From positions 620,001-684,000 of the forward strand of contig JALDZX010000005.1 in the NCBI GenBank assembly GCA_022813865.1: a stretch of DNA of 64,000 bases. Reading direction: 5' to 3'. The DNA is from Xylographa opegraphella. Lineage: Eukaryota. Under the pieces are notes generated by a model. The model did not search any database and was not told the DNA's origin. It saw nothing but the letters and a program-made list of their open reading frames with translations. This document shows positions 13,703-26,589 of the stretch, one piece after another. The stretch's first letter is position 1. Each line of letters opens with the position of its first letter. The position numbers and the translations under genes were made by a program.

Positions 13703-16700
13703 TCATGTGTGGGTAGTGTCTCCCAAAACGAGCACACTCTCCGCCCATTTCGTGAGCGCTTTAATGTTTTCCACATCGACAGCCTTCTCGCTGTCGAGGT
13801 CTCCATCTCGGGCCCGCTTCTCCTCCTTTGTGAGTGGCCTATAGCCCCTGCACTCCATCCCGTCGATCATCGTGACAAATTCGATTCTGTCGCCATCGGA
13901 TTTTCCACGATCCTTCCTGTTCTTCACTTTTCCCTCCATGAAAGCAGCGCATAGCTTTTGCACGTAATCCGCCGTCCGTCTAAGCTGAGTTTTCTCGAAC
14001 AAAACCGCATTATTACCTCCCATGTTTTGTTCGTTGAGCCATGTTGTTGTCCAATAACACTGCTTCAAGAGTTTTTCAAAGTCAAAGCCAGCAAAAGCAC
14101 CGAAGTTTTTGGTCATGGTGCATTCATCCACTTTTCGGAAGAATTGTGTATCGGTGACTAACCAATCGTTGACTTGCTTGATTACTTGTTCCTCAGTGAG
14201 ATCTTGTAGCGGCGTCCACGCTCTAGCAGCTTCCATGGCTCGATCTTCGAAAAGCGCAGGGGCATCTGTTACTTGGCAGGCCGAGCCAGGGCCTTCGTTC
14301 TTGGAATCGGACGTGATGCTGTGAGTTGGTAGCAATGACTTTCTCACCCGTTTGCTTTCGATATCGTCCTCGCCGGCTTTTGAATCTGCAACTGGAAGAC
14401 TATTCTGCTTTGGGGTTTCTCGAAGTTGATCATTCCTACTAGAAGTACTTTCGACCGGACCATGTACTTCTTGACCACCACTATGGCTTTGGTTACGCTT
14501 GGTGGATATCGCATCTTCTGGAACCTTCCGTATCAATGGATTTTCCGGCGACGTACTAGCTGTTTTAGCTCGAGGTTTGACCTGAGTACCAGCCCCGTCT
14601 TGCGTTTTCCTCGCCGGCTTTTTCCTTATGAAAGGGTCGACGGGTTTCTTCGGAATTCGTGCAGGTCCAAGTTGTGGCTTTGGCTTGGTAACAGGTTTGG
14701 AAAGTGAAGTTGCCATCGACTTCCCTGGATGGCTTGCAGTTAGCTGTGGCGAGCTAGAATCCTGCTCCTTGATGAGGCTTGCAGGTAGTGTTGCTACTGT
14801 GTTGTCTGCTAAGCTCGGCTGCAATGCCGGTTGTATCAAGGTAGACGAGAGTTTTGATGCTTTCGATGGAGCTCCTCTTCGTTGAGCAAATGGAATTGGG
14901 GTTGCGATAGACCTTACTGTAGATCTTAAAGCAATGTGTTTTCCTGGTTGCTCGACTGTCTGATGTGCGGAAGTGGCTTGATCAAGTTCCGACAGACCAC
15001 AGTTAGAAATGGGGATTTCTTCAGAGCGACTTGCTAGGTCTTCCGTTGTCTGATCCATAGCGTCCGTCGTGGACATTTCCGTCGATGTACTGCCTGCTTG
15101 GGAGCTTTGTGCTGGTCCATACTCGCCAGTCATCCTCGCTGTTGCGTTCGAGGTGTCAATCATGGGTGCCTGTACGAGCCAGGCATTCTCTTCAATTGGA
15201 GCGGCAGGTTTCTCATCCATGGTAGTATCATCCTGCTGAGTCATTACTGCAGCTTTCTGGTCTAAGGATGTGGAGCTTTCTGTAGGACAGCTGACTTGAG
15301 GATTCTCGGTCGTAGGAATCGGTTCCGGTTCGATCATGTGGGTGACAGTTTTGGTGATGGTGACTTCGTTCTCTGGAGCAGAGAAAAAGCTGGCTGTGGC
15401 TTCTGTCGCCATATCCATGCAAGTATTGGACTCCGTTGTCTTCTCCTCGAAATCCGGGATTAGGCAGGACCCATTGTCTTCGGCCATTTCTATAGGAGTC
15501 TCGGCACCAGGTCCTTCCTCCACCGAAATCATGGTCATCGGTACATCCGCCGGACTCACGAAATCTGTATTGGCAGAGGTATCTGTGACGGTTATCATAT
15601 CGTTAGCCGTTAAATCAATCCCCCAAGAGTCCATTAATGTTGTGGTCTCGGTCTCAGGCCCTTGATGGGGCGGTGCATCTTCCATAGTTTGGTCTGCAAT
15701 CTTTGGACTTGTTATATGTTCCGTCGTCCAAATGATACTGATTGATATTATTAGTGACTTGATTTACGAAACGATATTTCAGACGTTTTGCTGATATGGT
15801 CTCACTTACTGAAGGAGCCACAGTTATGATGGTGGCGGCCTGAACCGTGGATTCCTCGGCGATCCTATCAGATAGTTGAGTCTGTTGCGGTCGGTAGATT
15901 AGTTTGGCGGATTCTGAAATGCTGCTGTTCTTCCACTTACTGAAGACGTCGTTGCATCCTCGGTGAACGTGGTTTGCCCGATACCTTCTGTTCCATGATC
16001 AACGTCCATGCCAGTCCACTGTGATTCTGTTTCTCTTCGGGCGTACGAGGCATCCGCTCTTGTCATCGCCCGTTCAAGAGGATTGTAAGTAGGGTTGCTT
16101 GGTCGGATAGTAGTCGTGGAGGAGGTCGAGTCAGCATAACCTGGCACATCTCGCACCCGTCGCTTGGAAATACCGTAATTCTGTGGTCTTCACGGCTGGG
16201 ACGAGGTCTACCGACCTGCCCTGTCGTAGACGATGTGGGTTTTTTAGGGGGGACGGCAAAATAAGACAGATCGAGTCCATAGCTGGTTCCTGCTGGGTTG
16301 GGGATTCTTTCAGGCGAACTCGAACCTTATGTCTTTATATAATCTCCGGAGTTGATTCCATGAAGTTGAGAATATACTAGATCGCCGGAGTTTATTTGAT
16401 CAGGAATATGCGTCACTGCTGGTGGGAAAGCGACTGGCTCGCTACTTGCACTAGTCTCGGAAGCCAGCTCTTCAATCTCTCGAGGAGGGTATGCTGCGTG
16501 AGTAGCAGGCGGCGCTTCCCATCCACCCGGCATCAAAAGTCCATGTTCTAGTCCATTGGGGCTGCGAACTGGCTGTGATCGAAGATTCACTTTCTTCAAG
16601 GGATTGACACCTGCTGGCATAGGAACGGGCACTTCCTTGTAGTATAAATCGCAGTAGTGTTTCAGCTCCAGATACATTGCCCAATGCATACGTCGGGCCT

Positions 16701-18177
16701 GCTCCAGCGTTGTGTCTGACGCCTTGATTGGGCCCGGTAAGGAGAGCTCATCAATTAGTTGAGCGAGTATGGAAGTTAGCTTTACCCAACGCGCCTCCTC
16801 GTTGAGAGTATGTCCGTATTCCTTATCGCAGTGATCGTTGATCGTTGACCAAATATCCCACTGTATCGATGATGAAATCATGAACCCATCCCCTAGTGGT
16901 GTCAGGCATGCCAGTTTAGGTGGTTGCAAGACATGGTCTATCGGTGATGCAGATAGCTCAACTGGGAATCCAGATGGCTCAACTGGTAATACTGATAGCT
17001 CAGCTGCTGGTGCGGAGGCTTCAGATGGTGGTGTAGATGACTTAGTTGTTGGTGCAGCTGGCTTGGGTGGTAATATAGATCGCTTTGATGGGCGAGCTCG
17101 GCGGTTATCTTTTTGATTACCATCTCTAGTTTTAGGCAGACTGTTGTAGCTATAGGTATCAAGTCTTGCCGGCTGGTAAATCCCTGGTTTACTGAGCTTG
17201 CCGATCTGCACTTTTGTTAGCAGTCGCCAGCTTAGAAATCGATACGGAGCCGTACCTTTCCATCGATGCTAATTTCATATATATGCACTACGCCCACATA
17301 TGGTTTCCACGTCGGCACCAACTGCCTCAAAGATCGTACTTCCTGCCGAAGCTTTGCGGATTCTCTTTGCAAAGCGTTATTGAGTGAATTTAGCAAAACG
17401 ATTTCTTCAGAACGAGCATTGGTTTCTGCCTCTCTCTGCTCCTCAGAAAGCACGTGTGCTGCACGGTGGTTTGAACGATCTGCTTCAGAAACACGATCTT
17501 CCTTCACAGTCGCATCGGCGCTGGCTGATTGGAATTAACTCATGGTTAGTGAGATGCTGACAGCTACGACTTGAGCAAATTTACCTCTAGCTCCCAGCCC
17601 CCAGCTTCCTGATCTCGTCGAATTTCGTGAATGCTAATATTACGAGCAAGCTTGATATCAGTGATTTCGTTCTGCGATTGCTTCGACAACTGCTTCTCGG
17701 CCTTTAACTTGATCTCCAAGTTCCCGATTCGATTCTATCTGCGATTAGTCATGCAAAGGCACGGAGGTCGGAAAAACATACCTGGGCATCAGCACTGTAG
17801 CTATGGAGTCTTGCTTCGTGCTCCGCCTCACGGGTTTCGCGCAGTACCTGCAGCCGGGTCTCCATCTCAAACCTCTCCACCACGTCCAAAGACCGGACGC
17901 CGCTACGCAACCACGTCAGGAGACGCGGCACCCTTGCGCCGGACAGGAGACCAAATAGTGGCGCGCCGAACGATAGCACTAAATATGCTGTTGTCATCCA
18001 CATCATATAGAACAACCACCAAAACTCGGTGTCCTTATACAAGGTCAGTACTGGCTATATCTCCCAAGGCGTCTGACTCACCATCGATACTATCACAGGA
18101 GCGGGGGCTGTCCTAGGCACTTCATCTGCAGATGACCAGCATTCTGCAGCATGAGTCCACGACGTCGAAGAAGACAT
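13703..18177 (-). CDS. Large multi-exon uncharacterised protein (N-terminal coiled-coil segments, long Ser/Thr/Pro-rich disordered region, small C-terminal globular region)
   Basis: Series of same-strand ORFs (17749-18042, 17232-17507, 16327-17211, 15899-16156, 13703-15685) separated by short GT..CTRAC..AG gaps. Probable start MSSSTSWTHAAECW at 18177. Exact exon structure is uncertain. Confidence 0.55.
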
Positions 18178-19081
18178 GGTGATGAAGGATAGCTTGATGA
18201 TAGCGGGTTATGATGTATGATGGGGATGTTGAGAGTATGGGAGATCAAGTCTTGGAGCAGTTGAAGTTGAAAACGACAATGTCGAAGACTGATTTTTCTG
18301 TGGTTGAAGAAGGAAAGAGGAAAGAAGGAAAGAGCAGAAAAGAAGAAGCTCAAGTAGTAGTCCCACAGAGCCTCGCAAATTAGGCCTCAATAGGATGAAT
18401 AACACGAATGCTATTCACAACGCGGTGTTATTCTTCGCAGCGAGCAGATGTGATGAATAGAAACCTTCAATTCACGTGGCTAGGGATGTAATCTCGCAAA
18501 GTATGCCTGCAGTTCTATATATTGTGTTGATCATATATATGGCGTGAATGCAAGAATAACGCCAAAGTAAGTATAGCCCCTATTCACGTATTTTTACAAT
18601 AAGGTAGAGCGTCGAATCCTTGGTTTGGGGAAGCGTAAGTGGATTTTAGCGTTTTGATGGTATCGTTTGACGAGATGTAGGTGGTCGAGGCGCATGATTT
18701 ACCTTCTTGTCATGAACATGATTGCTATTTTTTGGGATATTAGGAAGGACAAAGGGTCTGCTGCCACGAGTGTCCTTGTCGTTTGTATGTTTCTTTATGG
18801 CTTTGTATTTGTCCTGCCGAGGATCTGTTCATGGTCAAGAAAATTTGTTGCGGCTTCTAGCACAACGATACTGGGTACAATGAAAGCTTTTTCTTTCAAT
18901 CTTAAATTACACGTACTATTCATAGTCTCGTAGAGCTTCTTTCACCAATGCAAAACGAATCTTTCGAGATTATGTGATCTTGCGACTCAGGAATGCTATG
19001 TAATGCTTCAGAACCATACAAGAACTGGTCCCATACATACGATAGTACCAGAACTTATCAATTGCAGAAGCTCATGGACCC

Positions 19082-20354
19082 TCAAAATTCGATTGTGCAC
19101 TTTATCGCATCGTACACTCCTATGACACTGATTAGCTCAGTACACGCAACATGAAGAAGAACTGCCTACTTGCTACATCCGGAATATTGAACCTTTCAAA
19201 GACCAGTCCCATATGCGTAGCCCACCCAGCCACTCGTCGAACTGGAGCTTCTAGCTTGAGAAAGGCCCCTTCCTGGATAGTAGCTGCCACTTCTGCTCCT
19301 ACTCCTGCATTGGCCATGCTTTCATGGACTACAATTGCTCTTCCTGTCTTTACGACACTATCTAACACTGTTTTTCGATCCCAGGGGTAGATTGTTCGAA
19401 GATCAATTAACTCGATCTTTATGCCAAAGTCCTTTTCTGCGGCGGCGATAGCGGCACCGCAGGTGTAAAGTGGATGGCCAAAGGATACTATCGTGACATC
19501 TGTTCCTTGTTTCACGATCTCTGCCTTCAAAAGTGGAAGTTCATATGCTTCTGTAGGGACATGCTCCACGGCTGCTCGGTACAGGATCTTAGGTTCCATG
19601 AAGATCACTGGGTCGTTGCACGCGATTGCCGCGAGGAGAAGGCCTTTGGCTTGAGCAGGCGAGCGAGGCATCACCACTTTGAGACCGGGTATATGGGTAA
19701 ATAATGACTCGGGAGACTGTGAATGGTATCTTGGTCATATTCAGTTTTGTAACCGTGTATGCTATGGATGGTGGGCACTACATACAATGCTCCATGGCCA
19801 ACACCCCCGCAAGGCATTCTTACTACCAAACCCCCTACATTACCTCCGGTATCGCCCTCCCTATATCTCCACTTTGCAGCTTCATTGACAAGCTGGTCGA
19901 ATGCTGGATAAACGTAGTCGGCAAACTGTATTTCTGCCACGGGCCTCATGTTTTGTGCGGCGCACCCGATTGCGAACCCAACGATTCCTTGCTCGCTCAA
20001 AGGTGTATTAAAAACTCTTTCTGACCCAAATTCAGTGGCTAAGTTCATACTGCATCTAAACACTCCGCCGAAAGCGACATCCTCCCCGAAGACAAGGACC
20101 CGCTCATCGGTGCGAAGAGCATGCGTGAGAGCATTATTAATTGACTGGAACAGATTCAAACGGGTAGTTGAAGATGAGCCAGGATATTCGTGGCTTGAGT
20201 TTAGCAAAGAAGATGAGGACTGATGGAGTAGAGGATGCGACGAGTAGTCAATGGGCACATTGAGACGAGCGTTCGGAGGATAACTAGAATAGCTGCGGAG
20301 CTGGGGCTGTCCTGAGAGCCTCCATATTGATGTGAAGCGCGCTGGCACGCGCAT
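19082..20354 (-). CDS. Branched-chain alpha-keto acid dehydrogenase E1 beta subunit, mitochondrial, 3 exons
   Basis: Motifs [91 protein letters not shown]. The last micro-exon (..[11 protein letters not shown]) ends at 19082. Confidence 0.95.
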
Positions 20355-20586
20355 CTCTGCCAATGCTATGACATTTTCAGCTTGTGCAACATTGCAACAA
20401 TGGTCATGTTCATCGGCGAAGAGAGGGGGGTTAACTCCGTGTGGAGAGGTTTATTAGTCCCACTTCTTAGCGCAGGTAAGCTGGTCTGTGCTCCTTGACT
20501 TCGTCGCCTTCATGTGCTCACCGTAAGACCGGCCGTAATAAAATGCTGCTTGCATTTGGGGTGCAGCCGTACAAAGAACATACTTA

Positions 20587-22206
20587 ATGGCCTCTCTATT
20601 CACGACGTATCATCTGCTTAGAAGGGCGGCACCTAAGGTTTCTAAGGAGTTCTTCACGTGCCAAGCAGCCCGACACACTGCACTAAGACCTCGAAACGTG
20701 CAGCAAATTGTCGAAGACCTTCCGCTTCAAAGAACATTTCGCTCAGGCAAACCCTTTACGCAAACAGCAGTCTCGGGGGTGGGAATATCGTCCGATGCAG
20801 CTTCGCCACTTTCTCCGTTGAACGGAACAATCCGCAATGTTAGAAGGGAGACATCGAGGAAGTCATACTTTCCGGAGACCAGCGACAAAGCTGTCGCATA
20901 CTGGCTTCTAGGTAGTGCAGCCAGTGTGTTCGGACTCGTGGTCTTCGGTGGTCTCACGAGACTCACTGAGTCTGGGTACGCATATTATACGACCGGTTTT
21001 ATATCTTACTAACTGTTTGATAGGCTCAGCATAACGGAATGGCGGCCTGTGACTGGATCATTACCTCCCATGAATGCCACAGATTGGGACTTGGAATTTA
21101 CCAAGTACAGATCATCTCCAGAATTCAAACAATTGAATCCACGAATGACGCTGGAAGAGTTCAAGTCAATATATTACATGGAATGGGGACACCGGCAATG
21201 GGGCCGTGCCGTAGGCCTCACATTCCTGTTACCGGCAGTCTACTTCATCGCACGTAGAAAGGTCTCGGCACCTATGGCGGTCAAGACCATCGGCATCGCA
21301 GGCCTCATAGGATTTCAAGGAGTGTTGGGATGGTGGATGGTGAAATCTGGACTAAAAGATGATCTCTTCGCGCCAGGTAGTCATCCACGAGTCAGCCAAT
21401 ACCGTCTCACGGCTCATCTTGGTACCGCATTCATATGCTACACCGCAATGCTTTGGAATGGGCTGTCTATTTTACGAGAACGCCAGCTGTTGGCTGACCC
21501 TGTTGCTGCGGAGAAGAATTTCTCAATTCTACGAGATCCAAAGCTGAAGATTTTTCGTCGATCAGTTGCAGGTCTGGCAGTACTCGTATTTTGTACAGCC
21601 ATGTCAGGCGGCCTGGTGGCTGGTCTTGATGCTGGGTTGATCTACAATGAATTTCCACAGATGGGACTTAGGTTAACTCCACCTAGGTCCGAGTTGTTCT
21701 CCGATTTCTACTCTCATACGGCTGACGGTAGTGACATATGGTGGCGCAACATGCTCGAGAACCCTTCTTTGGTGCAACTGGATCATCGAATACTGGCAAC
21801 AACCACATTCACGTCCGTGCTGGGCCTGTGGGCATATACCAAGCTCTCGCCCACGTTGAACACAATTTTGCCGGCGGCCTGTAAGAGGGGTATGCATGGT
21901 GTAGTGAGCTTTGTTTGGCTTCAGGTCATCCTGGGCATCAGTACCTTGATATACCTTGTACCTCTTCCACTGGCGTCGGCGCATCAAGCCGGAAGTCTTG
22001 CACTTTTGTCTTCGGTGATGATACTGGGGGGGAGGACATGGGTACCATCTCGAGCTTCCAGGCTTGTAGCTCAAAAATTTGCTAAACCAAGTTCTGCACT
22101 GGAGAGAGCCGTTCCAGATATCCGGTCAGGCTTGCTTAGCCGTCACCCCAAGGTCAGCATTGGTGGGAACGGGAGTAGTATGGGTACAGCAAATCCAGGC
22201 GTTTGA
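20587..22206 (+). CDS. COX15: Heme A synthase Cox15, 2 exons
   Basis: VVFGGLTRLTESG/LSITEW, EFKSIYYMEWGHR, GWWMVKSGL, PRVSQYRLTAHL, GGLVAGLDAGLIYNEFP, VQLDHR, LASAHQAG. Intron about 20976-21023. Confidence 0.95.
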
Positions 22207-24009
22207 GCAATTGCATAGCGTCAGGTCGACTGTGGGTCAGGAAATCGGCTTGTCTTGCATATTCTCTGGCGTTTCTGTAGTGGTTCGTTTCAACACAACG
22301 GTGTGGATCATGCATCATTGGTGGTTTTCAATTCGTGCTGAAGGCGAGCATCCTTTCACCTAAATCTGCAGTTTTCCATAGCGGGAGGGAAATGCAACGT
22401 ACATCCGAAGCAGGGTAACGACCAATCCGATTATGACTCCATTCATGCTTTGTGCTTGATTACCGCAGCACGGAGATGAGAGACCCCTTCATCTCTACTC
22501 AATGAGATATAGCGTATGCTTTGGCCCCCTCGAGGTAATCCCACTAAGAATTCATTCCGGCCAGCAAAGGTGGCTCGGGTGGGTATACAATTGCGCACGA
22601 AAACCATAACAGCAATTATTCGATGTTGCCACAGTTTTCGATCCGCACAGTGGATTTAGCTAACATTTTCTTCAACAGGCTTTTCATGAATGGAGTTCAG
22701 TATAGTCCTTCACTCATTAGAAACCGTAAGATGGAAGTGAAGCAATCCGGATCCTGCTTCAAGGACGAAGTACAATTGGTTCATGCTTGCAGAGGTCCTT
22801 TGCTCGTTAATCATTGAACCCAAAGCCATGAAGGATGCGACAGGTGGCGCCTGCATCTATCGGTCTTGACAAGCGCGCAAGACCCACCCAGATCCTGATT
22901 CACAAACCTGTCACAATTGGAGAGAGTGGATGCATTGTCTTTGACGCACCCAGCCGTTCACTCGTCATGAGCTCCCGTGGAAAGAGGAGAAATGCGGTGA
23001 GCCTGTCTATAGTTGCACTATGCAAGCCATCGGCTAGACTGCTACATATGTCGTTGTGTCAATACACGACCGGTGCACAAATTTCCTGGCATTTGTGAGG
23101 TGGAATATGGCAAGAAGTGGAAATAAGGTGTGTCTTGGCGGCGGGCGCTACGGTCTTGCTTGCATCTGTAAGGGATAATGCGTTTAGTCTCGATCTGGTG
23201 CCTATCAACTACCTTGTCAAAATGGTCGAAGTGCTGGATGATGGCTTAAGGACTCGCGTCCTACTGCTGAGCACCAAGGTAATAACAATGTAGTAGTCTG
23301 GAGTGGCACAGTCCAGGACCATACACTGAGCCGGTATTGCTGTGTGAGATGGGATGTCGGCTGGCGTACGGAGTGGGCCTTGCTTGGGCCATGGCCAATA
23401 ACTTACGGCTCCATCCCATTTTAATGCAGAGTTGAGATCATCTAGGTTGTAGCAAATTTGCTCTGAATTTCTGCTTCGGCGTAAGAATGTTTTGTCACCG
23501 TTCAATTATAGTGTTGAAACACATCTTATCTCGGCAAGCTTGACACTTACAGTCGTTCTACTACGATCTACAGCATTTCTGCTGAATTAGTTCATCAGAT
23601 CTGGGTGCATGATAATATTCAATACACTTACTGCTTCGCTGGAGACATCCTTGTTACTTCGATTGTAACTCGAAAGAGTAAAGCGGTACCTACTAAACAC
23701 ATATCAAGGAGCGGGACCAGAGATATAAGAAGCCTTGCACTTACTGAGCTATTCCTTCTACGGTGATTTCAGATTATCATCTAGAAGTCTGCCTGGTGCT
23801 GACGGGAAGCTTTCAGTGTAGGCCGACGCAAATGATCGCGCTTTCTAGCTTTGTGTAAACGCCACCGCTTCTGCCATTGCCTTCGTTCTTCTACTGGCTA
23901 CTACTCCGATTAAATTGCAATCGTGAGCATACTCTTATACGTCTGGGGGCTTCTAGAGTATTTTGCTGGCTAGGAATCTACTATATGTACCGACTGGTCC
24001 TCTCATATC

Positions 24010-26113
24010 ATGTCTTCATATTCGTTTCAAGACCCGTGCTCTGGGGACACCGTACGCTTGTCTTCTCTTCCCCAAGAACCTACCTTTGATGAAGGATACC
24101 ACACTCCAAGCGAAGAGAAGTACAAGATCTCCAGTACTTCCATTCATCCTACTGTTCAAGAGGTTGAAGACTTACATACTTCAGGTCCTATACGGCGATC
24201 GGTCACTATGACACCTGAGCATGCTGATGTCACATTATCTCAAAGCTTGGCGCTCCGGAACGAACAATGGGTAAGTTAGCCTTAGACTCCGGTTTCAATA
24301 TTAAAGCAGTTTTAATGTTTCATACAGGAGTCCTTACCAAGCCCGACTGTGTTCAGAAAGGGGAATCGTTGCAACAGTGGACTAAGTTGATCGAAAAAAC
24401 AATGGCTATCACGTCGTAATGAATAACCCGGACGCCAAAGTGGACCATTCCAAAGCTCGAGAGCTGGAGAAACAGTTTTTTCGAGACCAAGAGCCGTACT
24501 CGACCGAACTTAGACTCTATCGTGACCGCTTTGGCACGTCACAGCTCTCGTCCGCTCTTTCAAATAAGCTTGTTGCTCAGATACTGAAAAGGTAAGCGGC
24601 CACCCTGATTTATCCAAACAAGACCTGAGACATTAAAAGTTTGAATCATACCACTGCCAAACTCCAGGCTAGAGCAGCTTCAGTAGACGCGGACCTGGAG
24701 AGGATGCCTAAGCCGCCTGTTGGAAACGAGGCGAACTTTAATCGCGACGTTGTTTCGGATTTTTGTGATGATCTCCTACAACATGTTGAAGGCGGTCGAG
24801 CTGAGCACCCCTTTCAGAAGACTTGGCGGGATCTTTTACTTGGTTACCGCCAAAAGTTAGCTGCGAGTCGTCCACGACTAAGTCTCCCCACCACGGCTCC
24901 GGACTTGAATCAAGATTTATCCATGCTTGACTCTTTTGTTGACCAAGATAATTGTGAAGCAACAATCAACTTGATCTCGGACGACGAAGACCGAGGAGGT
25001 GTTTTTCAACCCATAAATACAAAGAAGCGTGGATTGAATGCCGTGCGCATCCAAGCGTTGGGATTCAAAACGGAAAGGCACGTGCTGGAGAGAAACCCGC
25101 TGCTCGAATACCCAAGAAAAGAAAACTAAGTGTTATGGCACAGTCAGATCCAATCATTGGTTTAGCAACTCGCTTTTCATTGCCTGAAATCCGCGACAGG
25201 ATAGAAAACGCATACGTCGGCCTTCAAGGCTCTGTGGACCCACATGTTGCAGAAGACATGAGCATTGCATCCATGCGGCATTGGAGACAGCTGACTGACG
25301 AGTTCCTCACTGAAACTCGCTCGATCACTCATAAGCTGATCCTTGAGCGTTTGGAAGAAAATTTCTTGCCTTATAAACCTGCTCCTCTGTACGACAAGGC
25401 TATTGCTGTCTGCAAACCTTACCTTACCCGAGCTATGGAGGAACAACGGATGAACGTTGACCGGCTTCTGAACCTAGAACTTTACAAGGCTATGACACTT
25501 GATAGTGATATCATGCAGGATCGCCGGGACAAAGCCTTAGCAGGGCTCCTTGTAGCTCGATGCACCCAGCGAGCTACATTGGCAGTCAACGAGCAAGATT
25601 CTGTAAATACACGGCAGCCTGGTAATCAGAATCGAGCAGAAAAGATATCCAAAGCCAAAGAACAACTAAGACCCGAACCTTGTGCACAGGAACTCGGTGT
25701 GATGGCCGTATGCACTCTTCCTTTTCGACTGAAAATGTCATGCCTCCATGCTAACTTATGATAAAGACAACCAGGGCGTACTATGAGTGTGCTTTCTCCC
25801 GATTGGCCGATACGATTGGACAAGGAATACAGTATGATCTTTTTGGAAAACTAAATCCCGTGAAGAGTTGCGACCTTACATGTTATGGAGGGAGGTGACG
25901 GTACGTATTGCGTACAGCTTTAGGAGAGCTCACGAAAGCTTACAGCGTGTAGCTCGAAAGCGTAGCGAAACATTACTCGCATTGGATCCAGAAATTGAAC
26001 TCAGACGCCAACGCCTGAAGAAGGAGCAGGATGACCTGCACACAGCACACGAATTACTTCAAAATCTCAAGAAGGATGACCAAAACAACGAGGCCAGTGT
26101 GGACCACACGTGA
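24010..26113 (+). pseudogene. Degenerate dynamin-like (Mx-type) GTPase gene: G1-G3 absent, frameshift after G4, middle/GED regions retained
   Basis: Spliced junction 24270/24328 gives ..KLGAPERTMGVLTKPD (dynamin G4). That frame stops at TAA near 24417 while the homologous text GYHVVMNNPD..ARELEKQFF..RFGTSQLSSALSNKL continues in another frame. There is an in-frame TGA at 24225 upstream of G4 and no P-loop or DLPG motif. Downstream are AYYECAFSRLADTI and a GED-like LLALDPEIELRRQRLKKEQ. Confidence 0.7.
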
Positions 26114-26589
26114 AACACATATGCGGACTGCGGCTTACGGCTTTATTTGTCAGTGCTGCAGTGCGTGGTGTCCTTGATCATGTCTACTGTCGCTTGCAAC
26201 GCCAGTTTGACAATTGGAAATTGTGGAGGTTGGTCGCGAATGGGGCTTGTCACTTGAGCCAGTCTGGCAAGGATGGTGGTTCTGCTATGAAGTCGAACTC
26301 AAAATCTCTGCTCGGCCTTGCTATTGTGTGCACATTATTTTACAGATTGAACTCTCGCTTTTGCATGCGCTGTGTTTAGAAACTCTCATATAGGTAGTTT
26401 CATATAATTGTATCCTACATGTCTAGTAATCGACCATTTCATTTGTGCAAATGGAGAGCTTCGTAGCCCCACGAGCCCCACTAGGACCAGCATAGCGTGA
26501 ATATTACCTTATACTTGTAAATGTACTCAGCCCACTAACTATTACACGACTCGAACATCCCACGATTTATCCGTTAGTTGATATCAACT

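Noticed and set aside
22300..23900. Long intergenic stretch that might hold a transposon remnant or the missing dynamin exons
   Set aside because: No terminal repeats, transposase/RT motifs or P-loop sequence could be recognised by eye.
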